Positions 40,141 through 48,297 are shown, counted from the first letter of the stretch. The stretch is 64,000 bases of DNA from an uncultured virus (IMG/VR IMGVR_UViG_3300028654_000194) (IMGVR_UViG_3300028654_000194); one strand, 5' to 3'. The notes: generated from the letters alone by a model not told the origin. Numbers and translations are program-made.

Positions 40141-40300
40141 TGCTGATCGCACTGGATGCCGCGTGCATCGCTGCACGCGGGCACCACTACGTTCCACACC
40201 TTGGCGCACCAAGCCCGACCGCACCAAACCGCGCGCAGGCAGACATGGCCACGCCCCACAATTCCACGCCCGGCCTAGTCACGCCGTGGCGGTCCTAGCC
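40141..40300 (-). ncRNA. GGY-NN pentamer array A with 3' hairpin (candidate guide RNA)
   Basis: 24 in-register pentamers at 40300-40181 (13 exact GGY) running into the conserved GGTGCCC...GGCATCCAGTGCGATC hairpin. Confidence 0.75.
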
Positions 40301-40493
40301 TTTCGACAACCAAGATCACGAAGACGACAAGGGCGGCGAACACCAATGCGATCTTCAACAGTTCGTTCATTGCAGCACCGCTGCAAGGAACCAAGCGCAG
40401 CCAACCGCCCACGCCAGTGTGACAATCACACCAGCGACGATGATCAACCACTGAACAGGGGTGAACATAGGGGGGCGGGGTCGGGCTAACAGG

Positions 40494-40979
40494 TCACGCA
40501 TCGCTTTCCTCCTTGATCGGACGCTGGCGCAGCGCGGGCACGTCCGGGTTGTCATTGGTTGTGATCACGTCACGCTCCTGAAAGCCGAAAGGGAAGCGGA
40601 AGGTCGGATCAAGCACACCGAACAGGTGGTACTTGTTCGTGCTGTCCACCAGCCTGCTTTCAGCCGGGTACAGTTCCATTGCTTCGCATTCCGGCCCGAT
40701 CAGTTCGTTCTTGATCTTCTGGAAGTGACGCCAGTCGCGGAAGATCACGTCGCCATCGCGGCGGCGTATGTTCAGCGACACCAGACCGTCACCGAACTCC
40801 CTTCGCTGCACCTGATAGATGTCGTTGATCCAGTAGGTGCAACCGGCGTCGTAGTCGTCCAGCAGCTTGTTGGCTGCTGCACGGTCGATCTTGTACTGCT
40901 GCATCGTGACGGTGATCAGTTCTTCACGCCGGATGCCGGTGGTCGCCTGCACCAGCTTCTGCCAAGGCTTGCGCGCCAT
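40494..40979 (-). CDS. Conserved phage hypothetical protein
   Basis: DWRHFQKIKNELIG...ELYPAESRLVD..N.YHL motif seen in a widespread phage family. Confidence 0.7.
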   Translation of the reverse strand: MARKPWQKLVQATTGIRREELITVTMQQYKIDRAAANKLLDDYDAGCTYWINDIYQVQRREFGDGLVSLNIRRRDGDVIFRDWRHFQKIKNELIGPECEAMELYPAESRLVDSTNKYHLFGVLDPTFRFPFGFQERDVITTNDNPDVPALRQRPIKEESDA

Positions 40980-41176
40980 TAGTCCTTCTCCTTCGTTTCG
41001 ATGCCGAGTTCGTTCAGCTTGCGGATCAGCTTGCCGTGATCGCGCAGCAGTCGGCGCATCGCTTCGATGTCGGTGCGCACCGTTTCCGAACCCTTCTTGG
41101 TCTTGTCCACGTCGCTGGTCAGCTTGTGGAACTGGGTGTGCGTGCATTCCAGATGCACGATGTCACGGTTGGTCAT
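40979..41176 (-). CDS. Hypothetical protein
   Basis: Coupled ORF in the early operon. Confidence 0.6.
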   Translation of the reverse strand: MTNRDIVHLECTHTQFHKLTSDVDKTKKGSETVRTDIEAMRRLLRDHGKLIRKLNELGIETKEKD

Positions 41177-41439
41177 GCCGCCCTCTGCTTACGTAGATCG
41201 CGTTGCGCCAAGTAGTAAGCGTTGCGGCCATCAAAACGTGCCCAGCGATTGGAACGCGGCAGCTTGATGCGCCAGATGCGCCCGAACAACTGACCGAACA
41301 GTGTAGCGCGACCACAATCACCGGGGTCGAAGCCCAAGGTGATGATCAGCTTGTCACCTGCGCGCTTTCCTTCAGGATCGCGCAAGTAGATGTAGACCGC
41401 GCGCCATGCGCATTGGTCTGCAAATGTAAGGCGTAACAT
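41173..41439 (-). CDS. Hypothetical protein
   Basis: AGGAGG RBS downstream of a hairpin cassette. Confidence 0.6.
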   Translation of the reverse strand: MLRLTFADQCAWRAVYIYLRDPEGKRAGDKLIITLGFDPGDCGRATLFGQLFGRIWRIKLPRSNRWARFDGRNAYYLAQRDLRKQRAA

Positions 41440-41532
41440 ATCAATCCTCCTTGCTGCCCACCGGCAGCGTTGTCGTGCGGTCGGTTGATCGCACTGGATG
41501 CCTGTCACTTGCGCAACAGGACACCAGCATGG

Positions 41533-42042
41533 TCAGACGCTAGGTTCGCAGTCAGCGACACGGTCGATGAACTCTGACGTGTCGAAGTCTTCGCGTTCTT
41601 CTCCTTCATCCAGTTCTTCTTCCTCGTGATCGGTTTCGGCCTGATCCATCTCGTCGGCCAGACTGTCCAGTTCGTCGGCGCTGCTTTCGCAGGCGTCGAT
41701 GCGTTCCTGAAGCATCTCCCCGGTCGCACCCTGCTGAAGACCTTCCGGCATGTTGTCCAGCTTCGACTGTTCTTCCTGACCGATTTCGCGCACCTGTTCA
41801 GCCAGTGACCGGATGTCGTCCGATGAACTCAGTGACGTGTCATCGAAGGCACCGTAGATCGCGCTGTAGAACGCGCTGCTGGTCAGTTGCGACCGTGTCG
41901 GCATCGTCTTCGACCGATGGATCGTTGATCGGTAGGACTTGCCGACCGTCATGCGTGTTGACCATTTGTAATAGGTGTCGCCCTTCTCGACACCGATGTC
42001 CGGGTACGCCTTGCGGGCTTTCAATGTGTGGACGCGGGGCAT
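41533..42042 (-). CDS. Conserved acidic hypothetical protein
   Basis: EEQSKLDNMPEGLQQG motif; acidic C-terminus. Confidence 0.7.
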   Translation of the reverse strand: MPRVHTLKARKAYPDIGVEKGDTYYKWSTRMTVGKSYRSTIHRSKTMPTRSQLTSSAFYSAIYGAFDDTSLSSSDDIRSLAEQVREIGQEEQSKLDNMPEGLQQGATGEMLQERIDACESSADELDSLADEMDQAETDHEEEELDEGEEREDFDTSEFIDRVADCEPSV

Positions 42043-42048
42043 GTTCCT

Positions 42049-42321
42049 TCACTCCTTGCTATCTAAAATTGTTTGCAGTTCGTCCATCCACATGTTGATG
42101 GATGGGTAGTCGCTGATCCGGTAGACGTACACCGATGTGGACTTGGCAAAGTCCACATCGTCACCGATGAAGTAGAAGTAGCCACGCCCCTTCACCAGTT
42201 CTGCCTTGATGCCCAGCGCGGCGATCATCGCGTTGACGTTCTTGATCGTCAGGCGGCGAGGGATGCGATGCAGGCTGTGTACTGCATTGATGTTCGCAGT
42301 CGTCAGGTTCAGCTTGGTCAT
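42049..42321 (-). CDS. Hypothetical protein
   Basis: AAGGAG RBS; ELVKGRGYFYF motif. Confidence 0.65.
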   Translation of the reverse strand: MTKLNLTTANINAVHSLHRIPRRLTIKNVNAMIAALGIKAELVKGRGYFYFIGDDVDFAKSTSVYVYRISDYPSINMWMDELQTILDSKE

Positions 42322-42355
42322 TGTCGTCTCCTTGTGCCCAGCCATCGCCGGACGG

Positions 42356-43102
42356 TTAGTCAGTGAGTTCGGTAAGCGACTTGCGCGATGCGTGCATCGT
42401 GTAGCCGGTCTTCTTTTCCAGTTCGACGTACTTGGCGAACAGGTCAGGATTGTACTGCCTGCCCAGCTTCAGGTCGTTCTTCGACGCCATGATGCAGAAC
42501 ACGCACGACAGGCGTTCGCTGCCCAGCGCGTATGCCGGATGCGGCTTCTGACCGGCAGCGGCAATCGTGGCCCACACTTCAGCGATCTGCATCGTGTGGA
42601 TCGGCAGCCAGTCGTACCACTCGCGACCGGCAACGCTGTTCTTCGTGTTCAGGGTCAGCACTTCGCGCTTCGCGCGATCACGACTTTCCTGCGCGCGCAG
42701 ACCCATGCAGTTGACGACCAGCGTCTTGCCGTTCGCCTTCAGCCAGCGACGCACTTCGCGTTCGATGGGGTTGCGCTTCAAGTCTGACGTGCATTGGCGG
42801 TGCGACGTGGACGGCCAAGACGGAACGGACGGGCGGCTTTCGAAGCGGCGTTCGACCATATCCGGCAAACTCTTTTCGGCACGTGCCACGATGAAGTCCA
42901 GACCGGCAGCGCGTGTCTGTTCTTCGGCGTGTTCCAGTGCGCCCTTCCACTCAACATCGCCCAGCGATGCGTGGACGACCACGATCTGCGATGCGGGCAC
43001 GACTTCCAGCAGCTTGATCAGCATCGCTTGGCTGTCCTTGCCGCCGCTGTGGTTGCAGATGAACGTTGCACCGGCAGCAATCAATTCGTTGATGTCACGC
43101 AT
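42356..43102 (-). CDS. PAPS-reductase-family (PP-loop, Fe-S) protein
   Basis: SGGKDS PP-loop, CTSDLK, GLRAQES..R and RLSCVFC motifs. Confidence 0.85.
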   Translation of the reverse strand: MRDINELIAAGATFICNHSGGKDSQAMLIKLLEVVPASQIVVVHASLGDVEWKGALEHAEEQTRAAGLDFIVARAEKSLPDMVERRFESRPSVPSWPSTSHRQCTSDLKRNPIEREVRRWLKANGKTLVVNCMGLRAQESRDRAKREVLTLNTKNSVAGREWYDWLPIHTMQIAEVWATIAAAGQKPHPAYALGSERLSCVFCIMASKNDLKLGRQYNPDLFAKYVELEKKTGYTMHASRKSLTELTD

Positions 43103-43188
43103 GTCAGTCTCCTTGTGCCGCACCACCGTGCAGCGTTGGTTATGATCGCACTGGATGCCAGCCGCGTTGCGGCTGGACACCAGCATGG

Positions 43189-43401
43189 TCAAGTACGCGC
43201 GTGCAGCAGCGCGTTGCGGATGTCTTCGTAGTGCTTGACCGTTGCGGTGTAGAGTTCATCGCACTGCGCCATCTTGTCTTTGGCGTTATGCTTTTCGAAC
43301 GCGACATAGGTGTCATGGATTTCGCGCAACTTGGCGTCGCGTTCGCGCACCAGCGCGTTGTAGATGACGTTCAGTTGCTGCTTGTTGATTTCGATCTGCA
43401 T
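43189..43401 (-). CDS. Hypothetical protein
   Basis: GGAG RBS directly after hammerhead copy 1. Confidence 0.6.
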   Translation of the reverse strand: MQIEINKQQLNVIYNALVRERDAKLREIHDTYVAFEKHNAKDKMAQCDELYTATVKHYEDIRNALLHART

Positions 43402-43430
43402 GTTCGTCTCCGTCTGCACCACCGTGCAGC

Positions 43431-43491
43431 GTTAGCGTTTCGGTTCGTACTGGAACCATCATCAGCACGACTGCTTGTCGTGGACGCTAAC
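43431..43491 (-). ncRNA. Type III hammerhead ribozyme, copy 1
   Basis: GTTAGCGTC^CACGAC-AAGCA-GTCGTG-CTGATGA-T-GGTTC-CAGTAC-GAACC-GAAAC-GCTAAC: complete core, three stems, GUC cleavage triplet. Confidence 0.9.
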
Positions 43492-43972
43492 TTCGACCCG
43501 GTCCCGGCATACGGTTCCCGCGCTACTGACCCTCATCGCGTGCCGTGAACATCAGCGCCTCTGCCAACGTCCGCGTCCCAACTTGGGCGGGTCCGATTTT
43601 CCCGCCACCGTCACTTGACCGGGGGAACCACCGGGGACCACCCGGTACAAGGGAATAATGGCCTAAGCCGGGGGTGAAGTAAATACGAGAAACCAACAAT
43701 CTTCTGGCTGGAAAAGGCGGAAAACCGGGCTTTTTAAGGCCATATAAAAGAAAAGGGGATGGGCCACCGGCCCGCCCCCTATTGTCCGTGTACAGATCAC
43801 CACTCGCGATCTATTTCATTTTGCAGCAGATGCCTCACTGCTTCTGCGATTGCACCATCATCAACGATGGCGTCACGCAGACGTTGCAGTTCTTCGATCC
43901 GCCGCAATCTATCCGCGCATGGCCCACACCAGCTACTGTTCCAGCTTGCACTGTTGTTGCATGTTGCGCACT

Positions 43973-44455
43973 TCATGCTGCTGTCCTAGATTTGCGCCAA
44001 GGAATATCGCGGCGATAACGTTCCTTGATTTCCTTATCCACTTTTTCGTGGCGTTCGTCTTCGCCATATTCAGCTTCGATGATTGCCTTCCACACTGTGT
44101 CTGCGCCGGGCACGTCTTCGATCAATCGTCCCGGTGTGTGGCTGTCACCGAACTGATCGATGAAATCGTCACCGTGCCACTTGTTCGTTTTGGTGGTGAC
44201 GATCTTGACGCGGATCAGCGAACGCCTGTGCTTGCCGCTTACGACAGTGCAGATCACTTCACCCTTCGGTGCGCCATAGCCCTGTTCGATCAAGGCTGTG
44301 AACACCGGGAAGGATTGCAGCTTGTCGATCTTGCGCTTGACGCCATCGACAGATGGTGCGCGCACTGTCTCACTGTTCAGCGTGGCTTCGAACTTCGCTG
44401 TCTTCGCGTTGAACGTGATCGCGACATCGCGGTACGTCTGTTTGAACTCATCCAT
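43973..44455 (-). CDS. Hypothetical protein
   Basis: CAGGAG RBS after a cassette. Confidence 0.65.
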   Translation of the reverse strand: MDEFKQTYRDVAITFNAKTAKFEATLNSETVRAPSVDGVKRKIDKLQSFPVFTALIEQGYGAPKGEVICTVVSGKHRRSLIRVKIVTTKTNKWHGDDFIDQFGDSHTPGRLIEDVPGADTVWKAIIEAEYGEDERHEKVDKEIKERYRRDIPWRKSRTAA

Positions 44456-44560
44456 TGCAGTTCTCCTGTGCTGCGCCATCGCGCAGCGTTGTCGTGCAAT
44501 CTTCTGATCGCACTGGATGCCAGCTTCCCATCAGGAAGCTGGACACCACTGCGTTCCTTT

Positions 44561-45664
44561 CTACGACGCCATGTCCAAGATTTTGCCAGCCTTGCGTTCC
44601 AGTTCGACACGCTTGTCCTGAAACTGGATGCCACGTGCGAAGGCCGTGATGCCGGTGGCGATGTCCCACAGGTTCGACACACCGTCCTTCGTGCCCAGCG
44701 GACGACCTTCGTCCGTCTGGAAGGCCGACACGATGTTCTGTGCTTCGCGCTTGGTGAAACGCTTGGCCAAGAACTCATCGATGTTGTCCACGCGCTTGGC
44801 ACGCGCGTCCGTCACCGCCTTGACCACGCCAGCCGAAGATGAGTTGGCGTAGGCTTGGATCGCAGGTGTGACTTCCTCGATCCACTTGTCAGGCGCAGAC
44901 ACCGTGTGGCGCACGGTGATCTGTTCGAAGTTGCATGCACCCCACACGATGCGGTTCATGCAGGCGTAGTCGAACAGGAACGACGCCATGCCCAGCGTGC
45001 GATCACCGACTTCGCTGTTCCACACGAAGAACCCGCGTGCCAGCGCGCCGGACTGTCCGTCGCGGCGGTTCGGGATTTCGATGCGGTTTTCCTCATCCGC
45101 AAGGAAGATGAACATGTCGCGATCACCGGCATACAGCGTGGTGTTCTGTTCGGTGATCGGCACCTTCTTGCCGAACTCACCGGGGACCGTGAAGTCGCCA
45201 GTGATGCCATCGCCGTAGTGTTCAAGGATCGCCTTGGCCACGTCGCTGTTCCAGATGCGCCCGTAGTTCGGACCCGTCGCGGCAGCCAAGACCGGGCTGC
45301 CGTTCTGGCGAAGCAGCAGACCCACGTCCTGAATGTCGCGGTCGTAGCGCAGGCCGAAGTTCAGGGCGTCGGCTGCAATCGGCGCGGGCAACCCGCGCAG
45401 ATAGCCCGCAGGTGCGTTTACAAGACGCGCCAACTGGCCGAACGCATGGTGCGTGGGGAAGAACCCGTTGCCTACCGGGCCGACCACCTGAAGGCCCTTG
45501 GCGTCGTTTTCAGTCGGCTGGATTTCAATCGACCGTGACGACACGACTGCGCCGCGCGACTGCTTGCGCATCTTCAGCGTGGCTTCATGCAAAGCCGTGA
45601 CTGAAAGGAAGCGTTCATCAGCCGGACGCGAAGCCCACTGATGTGATGCTTGATAAAGCTGCAT
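44561..45664 (-). CDS. DUF932/DUF945-like protein
   Basis: WNSEVG, CMNRIVW and LWDIATGIT motifs. Confidence 0.65.
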   Translation of the reverse strand: MQLYQASHQWASRPADERFLSVTALHEATLKMRKQSRGAVVSSRSIEIQPTENDAKGLQVVGPVGNGFFPTHHAFGQLARLVNAPAGYLRGLPAPIAADALNFGLRYDRDIQDVGLLLRQNGSPVLAAATGPNYGRIWNSDVAKAILEHYGDGITGDFTVPGEFGKKVPITEQNTTLYAGDRDMFIFLADEENRIEIPNRRDGQSGALARGFFVWNSEVGDRTLGMASFLFDYACMNRIVWGACNFEQITVRHTVSAPDKWIEEVTPAIQAYANSSSAGVVKAVTDARAKRVDNIDEFLAKRFTKREAQNIVSAFQTDEGRPLGTKDGVSNLWDIATGITAFARGIQFQDKRVELERKAGKILDMAS

Positions 45665-45765
45665 TGTCATTCTCCTTGTACCCAGCCATCGCTGGGCGGT
45701 TGCGTGCAATCTTGTGATCGCACTGGACGCCTGTCGCTTGCGCGACAGGACACCAGCAGGGTCAC

Positions 45766-46005
45766 TCACCAGTGCTTGAACGCCGGGCACCAGTGTGCGT
45801 GCCCGGATAAGCCACCGTTGCAGTCGCAGCGCGTGATGCGCATGTACTGCGGGTTGAACGTGGGCCATGTGGTGAAGAAACGTTCCATCGCATCGGCGCT
45901 GCTGTCGAAGCGCAGTTCACCGATGAAGGGAAGTTCCAGCGGCACCCAACGTGTCACCGGATAGCCGCCATAGGTGCCGAACTTTTTCCACTGGATGACG
46001 ACCAT
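45766..46005 (-). CDS. Hypothetical protein
   Basis: GGAGG RBS. Confidence 0.55.
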   Translation of the reverse strand: MVVIQWKKFGTYGGYPVTRWVPLELPFIGELRFDSSADAMERFFTTWPTFNPQYMRITRCDCNGGLSGHAHWCPAFKHW

Positions 46006-46006
46006 A

Positions 46007-46228
46007 TCAGCGGCCTCCGCTTACGTAGTGGCTGCACAGGTCGAACAGTTGGTCGCGTTCCAGCGTTGCTACAACGCGGCGCACGCTTTCACCATCTTCG
46101 TACCACCCCTTCGCGTGCTTGAAGCCGGGGTCAGGGATGTGGCGTTCGGCGCAAGCGTGCGCCAGAAACCCCCACCACACCAAGAACTCGGTCGTGGCGC
46201 ATGTCGCGTTCAGTTGTGAATTTGGCAT
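46007..46228 (-). CDS. Hypothetical protein
   Basis: AAGGAG RBS after a cassette. Confidence 0.6.
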   Translation of the reverse strand: MPNSQLNATCATTEFLVWWGFLAHACAERHIPDPGFKHAKGWYEDGESVRRVVATLERDQLFDLCSHYVSGGR

Positions 46229-46325
46229 TGTCAGTCTCCTTGTGCGCCACCACCGTGGCGCGTTGTCGTGCGGTCTTGTGATCGCACTGGATGCCGGTCG
46301 TCTTCACGACCGGACACCAGCAGGG

Positions 46326-46718
46326 TCAAAGGGAATTTTCAGCAACGCCGTGCTGTTCGACGTAGTCCACGAAGTCGCCGGGGTACATCTTCTTCATCAT
46401 CGCTTCGTTCAGGCCACCGATCTTCTTGAAACCGAACTGGGCGACAACGTGGAAACCGCGTGCGTCCTGCACGACATCGCCAACGGACAGCGAAGACATG
46501 CGGTCAACCAGCTTGCGAACCAGACTGCCACCGTTCCACAGGTTCAACATCTCGAAGGCGTGTTCCATGTCGTGGGCGTCCACGATGGCGACAGCGCGAT
46601 ACATGCCCGCCGTCAAAGCAAGCGCCACATCTTCCATCTTGCCGAAGCAGCGGATGTCGCGCGCGGTGTTAGACATAAGATGCACAGGCTTCATCTGCCA
46701 GATTGTGTAGTTCGTCAT
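46326..46718 (-). CDS. YodL-like protein
   Basis: YTIWQ, FEMLN, SLSVGDVV and V..FGF motifs. Confidence 0.65.
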   Translation of the reverse strand: MTNYTIWQMKPVHLMSNTARDIRCFGKMEDVALALTAGMYRAVAIVDAHDMEHAFEMLNLWNGGSLVRKLVDRMSSLSVGDVVQDARGFHVVAQFGFKKIGGLNEAMMKKMYPGDFVDYVEQHGVAENSL

Positions 46719-46814
46719 GTCAGTCTCCTTGTGCGCCACCACCGTGGCGCGTTGTCGTGCGGTCTTGTGATCGCACTGGATGCCAGCCGCTTGCGCGGCT
46801 GGACACCAGCATGG

Positions 46815-47153
46815 TCAGGCTGTGACCGTGAACTTCTTGTTGCGACGTGCGCGCTTCTCTGCGGCAGCGAAGTATTTTTCCATCGCGGCATGCGCGGCTT
46901 CGACTGTCTTGTGTTCGGTGCGGTTGAACGCGGGGCCGTACTTCTTGCCAGCGCGCAGCGCCCGCACCCACAACCAGATTGCATCGTCCGCGTTGTCGCG
47001 GTTCCAGTAGGCATGCTGTGCGTTTGTTTCTTCATGGTATTGCGTGCGAACGATCATCGCATGCGCGCCAACCGCGCGACCGAAGTTGTCCTTCACCGCG
47101 AAGGTGCGATCTTCAGTGTGCAGCGTTTCGGATTTCGTTTCGTTGACCTTCAT
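46815..47153 (-). CDS. Hypothetical protein, first gene of the leftward early operon
   Basis: GGAG RBS directly after hammerhead copy 2. Confidence 0.6.
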   Translation of the reverse strand: MKVNETKSETLHTEDRTFAVKDNFGRAVGAHAMIVRTQYHEETNAQHAYWNRDNADDAIWLWVRALRAGKKYGPAFNRTEHKTVEAAHAAMEKYFAAAEKRARRNKKFTVTA

Positions 47154-47183
47154 TGTCTTCTCCATACTGCACCACCGTGCAGC

Positions 47184-47245
47184 GTTCAGCGTTTCGATCA
47201 ATACTGTGATCATCATCAGCACGACTGTTTGTCGTGGACGCTAAC
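47184..47245 (-). ncRNA. Type III hammerhead ribozyme, copy 2
   Basis: GTTAGCGTC^CACGAC-AAACA-GTCGTG-CTGATGA-T-GATCA-CAGTAT-TGATC-GAAAC-GCTGAAC; stem II covaries with copy 1. Confidence 0.9.
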
Positions 47246-47404
47246 TTCGACCCCATGCAGGCTTCCTGCTCTGGCGCTACTGACCCTCATCGCGTGCTAC
47301 GAACATCCGCCTTCACATCTGGCTAACGTCCGCATCCCGACTTGGGCGGGTCCGATTTTCCCGCCACCGTCACTTGACCGGGGGAACCACCGGGGACCAC
47401 CCGG

Positions 47405-47540
47405 CACAACGCAAATAGATCAAAAAACAGGGGCGCTGTAAATACGAGAAACAGGGGGTTTCGTATTTATTTTTGGGAGATTTTTGGCGGGAAAGCTGGG
47501 TTTTTACAGGGGGGTTCAAATACGAGGGTTTCCGATACCT
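47405..47540. promoter_or_regulatory. Divergent promoter region with AAATACGA operator-like repeats
   Basis: TAAATACGAGAAAC-AGGGG-GTTTCGTATTTA inverted repeat at 47438-47469; further AAATACGAG at 47518 and at 43681 in the second leftward promoter; TTTACA/TTTACT -35-like hexamers on -. Confidence 0.6.
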
Positions 47541-47574
47541 TGTCGCCAGCGCAAATCACCGCTTTTCTTCGCAC

Positions 47575-47772
47575 ATGAAATGGCACCCGGAAGACCGCGC
47601 GCTGGCGCTGCATCTCTACGCGCAAGGCATGTCTGCATCGCGCATCAGCGCGCGCACCGGCAAGTCGCGCAACGCGATCATCGGTCTTGCGCATCGCGCT
47701 GGTATCAAACACGGCAACGCAATGGTCGCGAAGCTTGAAGAACGCGTTGCTGCGTTACGTATCGCGCCATGA
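47575..47772 (+). CDS. gcrA: GcrA-like helix-turn-helix protein (N-terminal domain only)
   Basis: W......L..LY.QGMSAS.I....G.SRNAIIGLAHR.G matches the GcrA N-terminus. Confidence 0.8.
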   Translation: MKWHPEDRALALHLYAQGMSASRISARTGKSRNAIIGLAHRAGIKHGNAMVAKLEERVAALRIAP

Positions 47773-47916
47773 ACATGTTCGCTGCTGCGCGCGATGCGGT
47801 GATTGCAGCAGCACGCGTTGTCGATCAGGTTTTTCCTGTCGCGCAGTATCACTGCATCGATGATCTGAGTGCAGCACTGCGCGAATACGATGCTGCGAAG
47901 AAAGCGAAGAAGTGGA

Positions 47917-48297
47917 ATGACTGAGTGCGACATCCCCGATGTCGATCCGCCCGGTCGTATCTACTGCGATCACACGCTGGTCATCTACGCCGTGGTCGAT
48001 CCGCAGGATACATTCTTCACGAAGTGGAAGTGGCACATCAACGTTCCGCACAACAAGCGCAACGGAAAGAAAAAGTATTTCAGGCGTTCGCGCAGTCGTG
48101 GGGGCGTTTACAAGTCGCCGCTATATCTTCACGTGGAGATTATGAAGCGCACCGGCATCGAACCGCCGACCAAGAAGCACAAGCTGGTCGATCACATCGA
48201 CGGCAACGAATGGAACTGCCGCCGCAGCAATCTGCGCTGGGCGACGCATAGAGAGAACCGGCACAACATCAACCACGGAGGCGCTTACCTTGTTTGA
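47917..48297 (+). CDS. HNH endonuclease
   Basis: YLH..I and VDHIDGN..NCRRSNLRWAT..EN motifs. Confidence 0.85.
   Translation: MTECDIPDVDPPGRIYCDHTLVIYAVVDPQDTFFTKWKWHINVPHNKRNGKKKYFRRSRSRGGVYKSPLYLHVEIMKRTGIEPPTKKHKLVDHIDGNEWNCRRSNLRWATHRENRHNINHGGAYLV

Larger units (their letters stand above)
41452..46817 (-). repeat. Dispersed intergenic structured cassette (bulged hairpin, second hairpin, CGRTGG-loop hairpin, RBS)
   Basis: Copies near 41452-41535, 43107-43191, 44461-44550, 45671-45764, 46231-46328, 46720-46817; partial copy at 42326-42356; inner stems covary. Confidence 0.85.

Noticed and set aside
39261..40300. Self-target for the decoded NN strings; array C read as codons resembles KGGSVKT
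   Set aside because: No convincing match found by eye, and the Walker-like reading lacks the required Gly; needs a computed search.
43492..43645. Leader RNA as a c-di-GMP riboswitch, twister, pistol or HDV-like ribozyme
   Set aside because: Only short fragments (e.g. GGGACGC) resemble these; core consensus elements could not be placed.
39233..46817. Hairpin repeats as a canonical CRISPR array
   Set aside because: Repeats have variable internal stems and are separated by whole genes or periodic tracts, not 30-40 nt unique spacers; no cas1/cas2.
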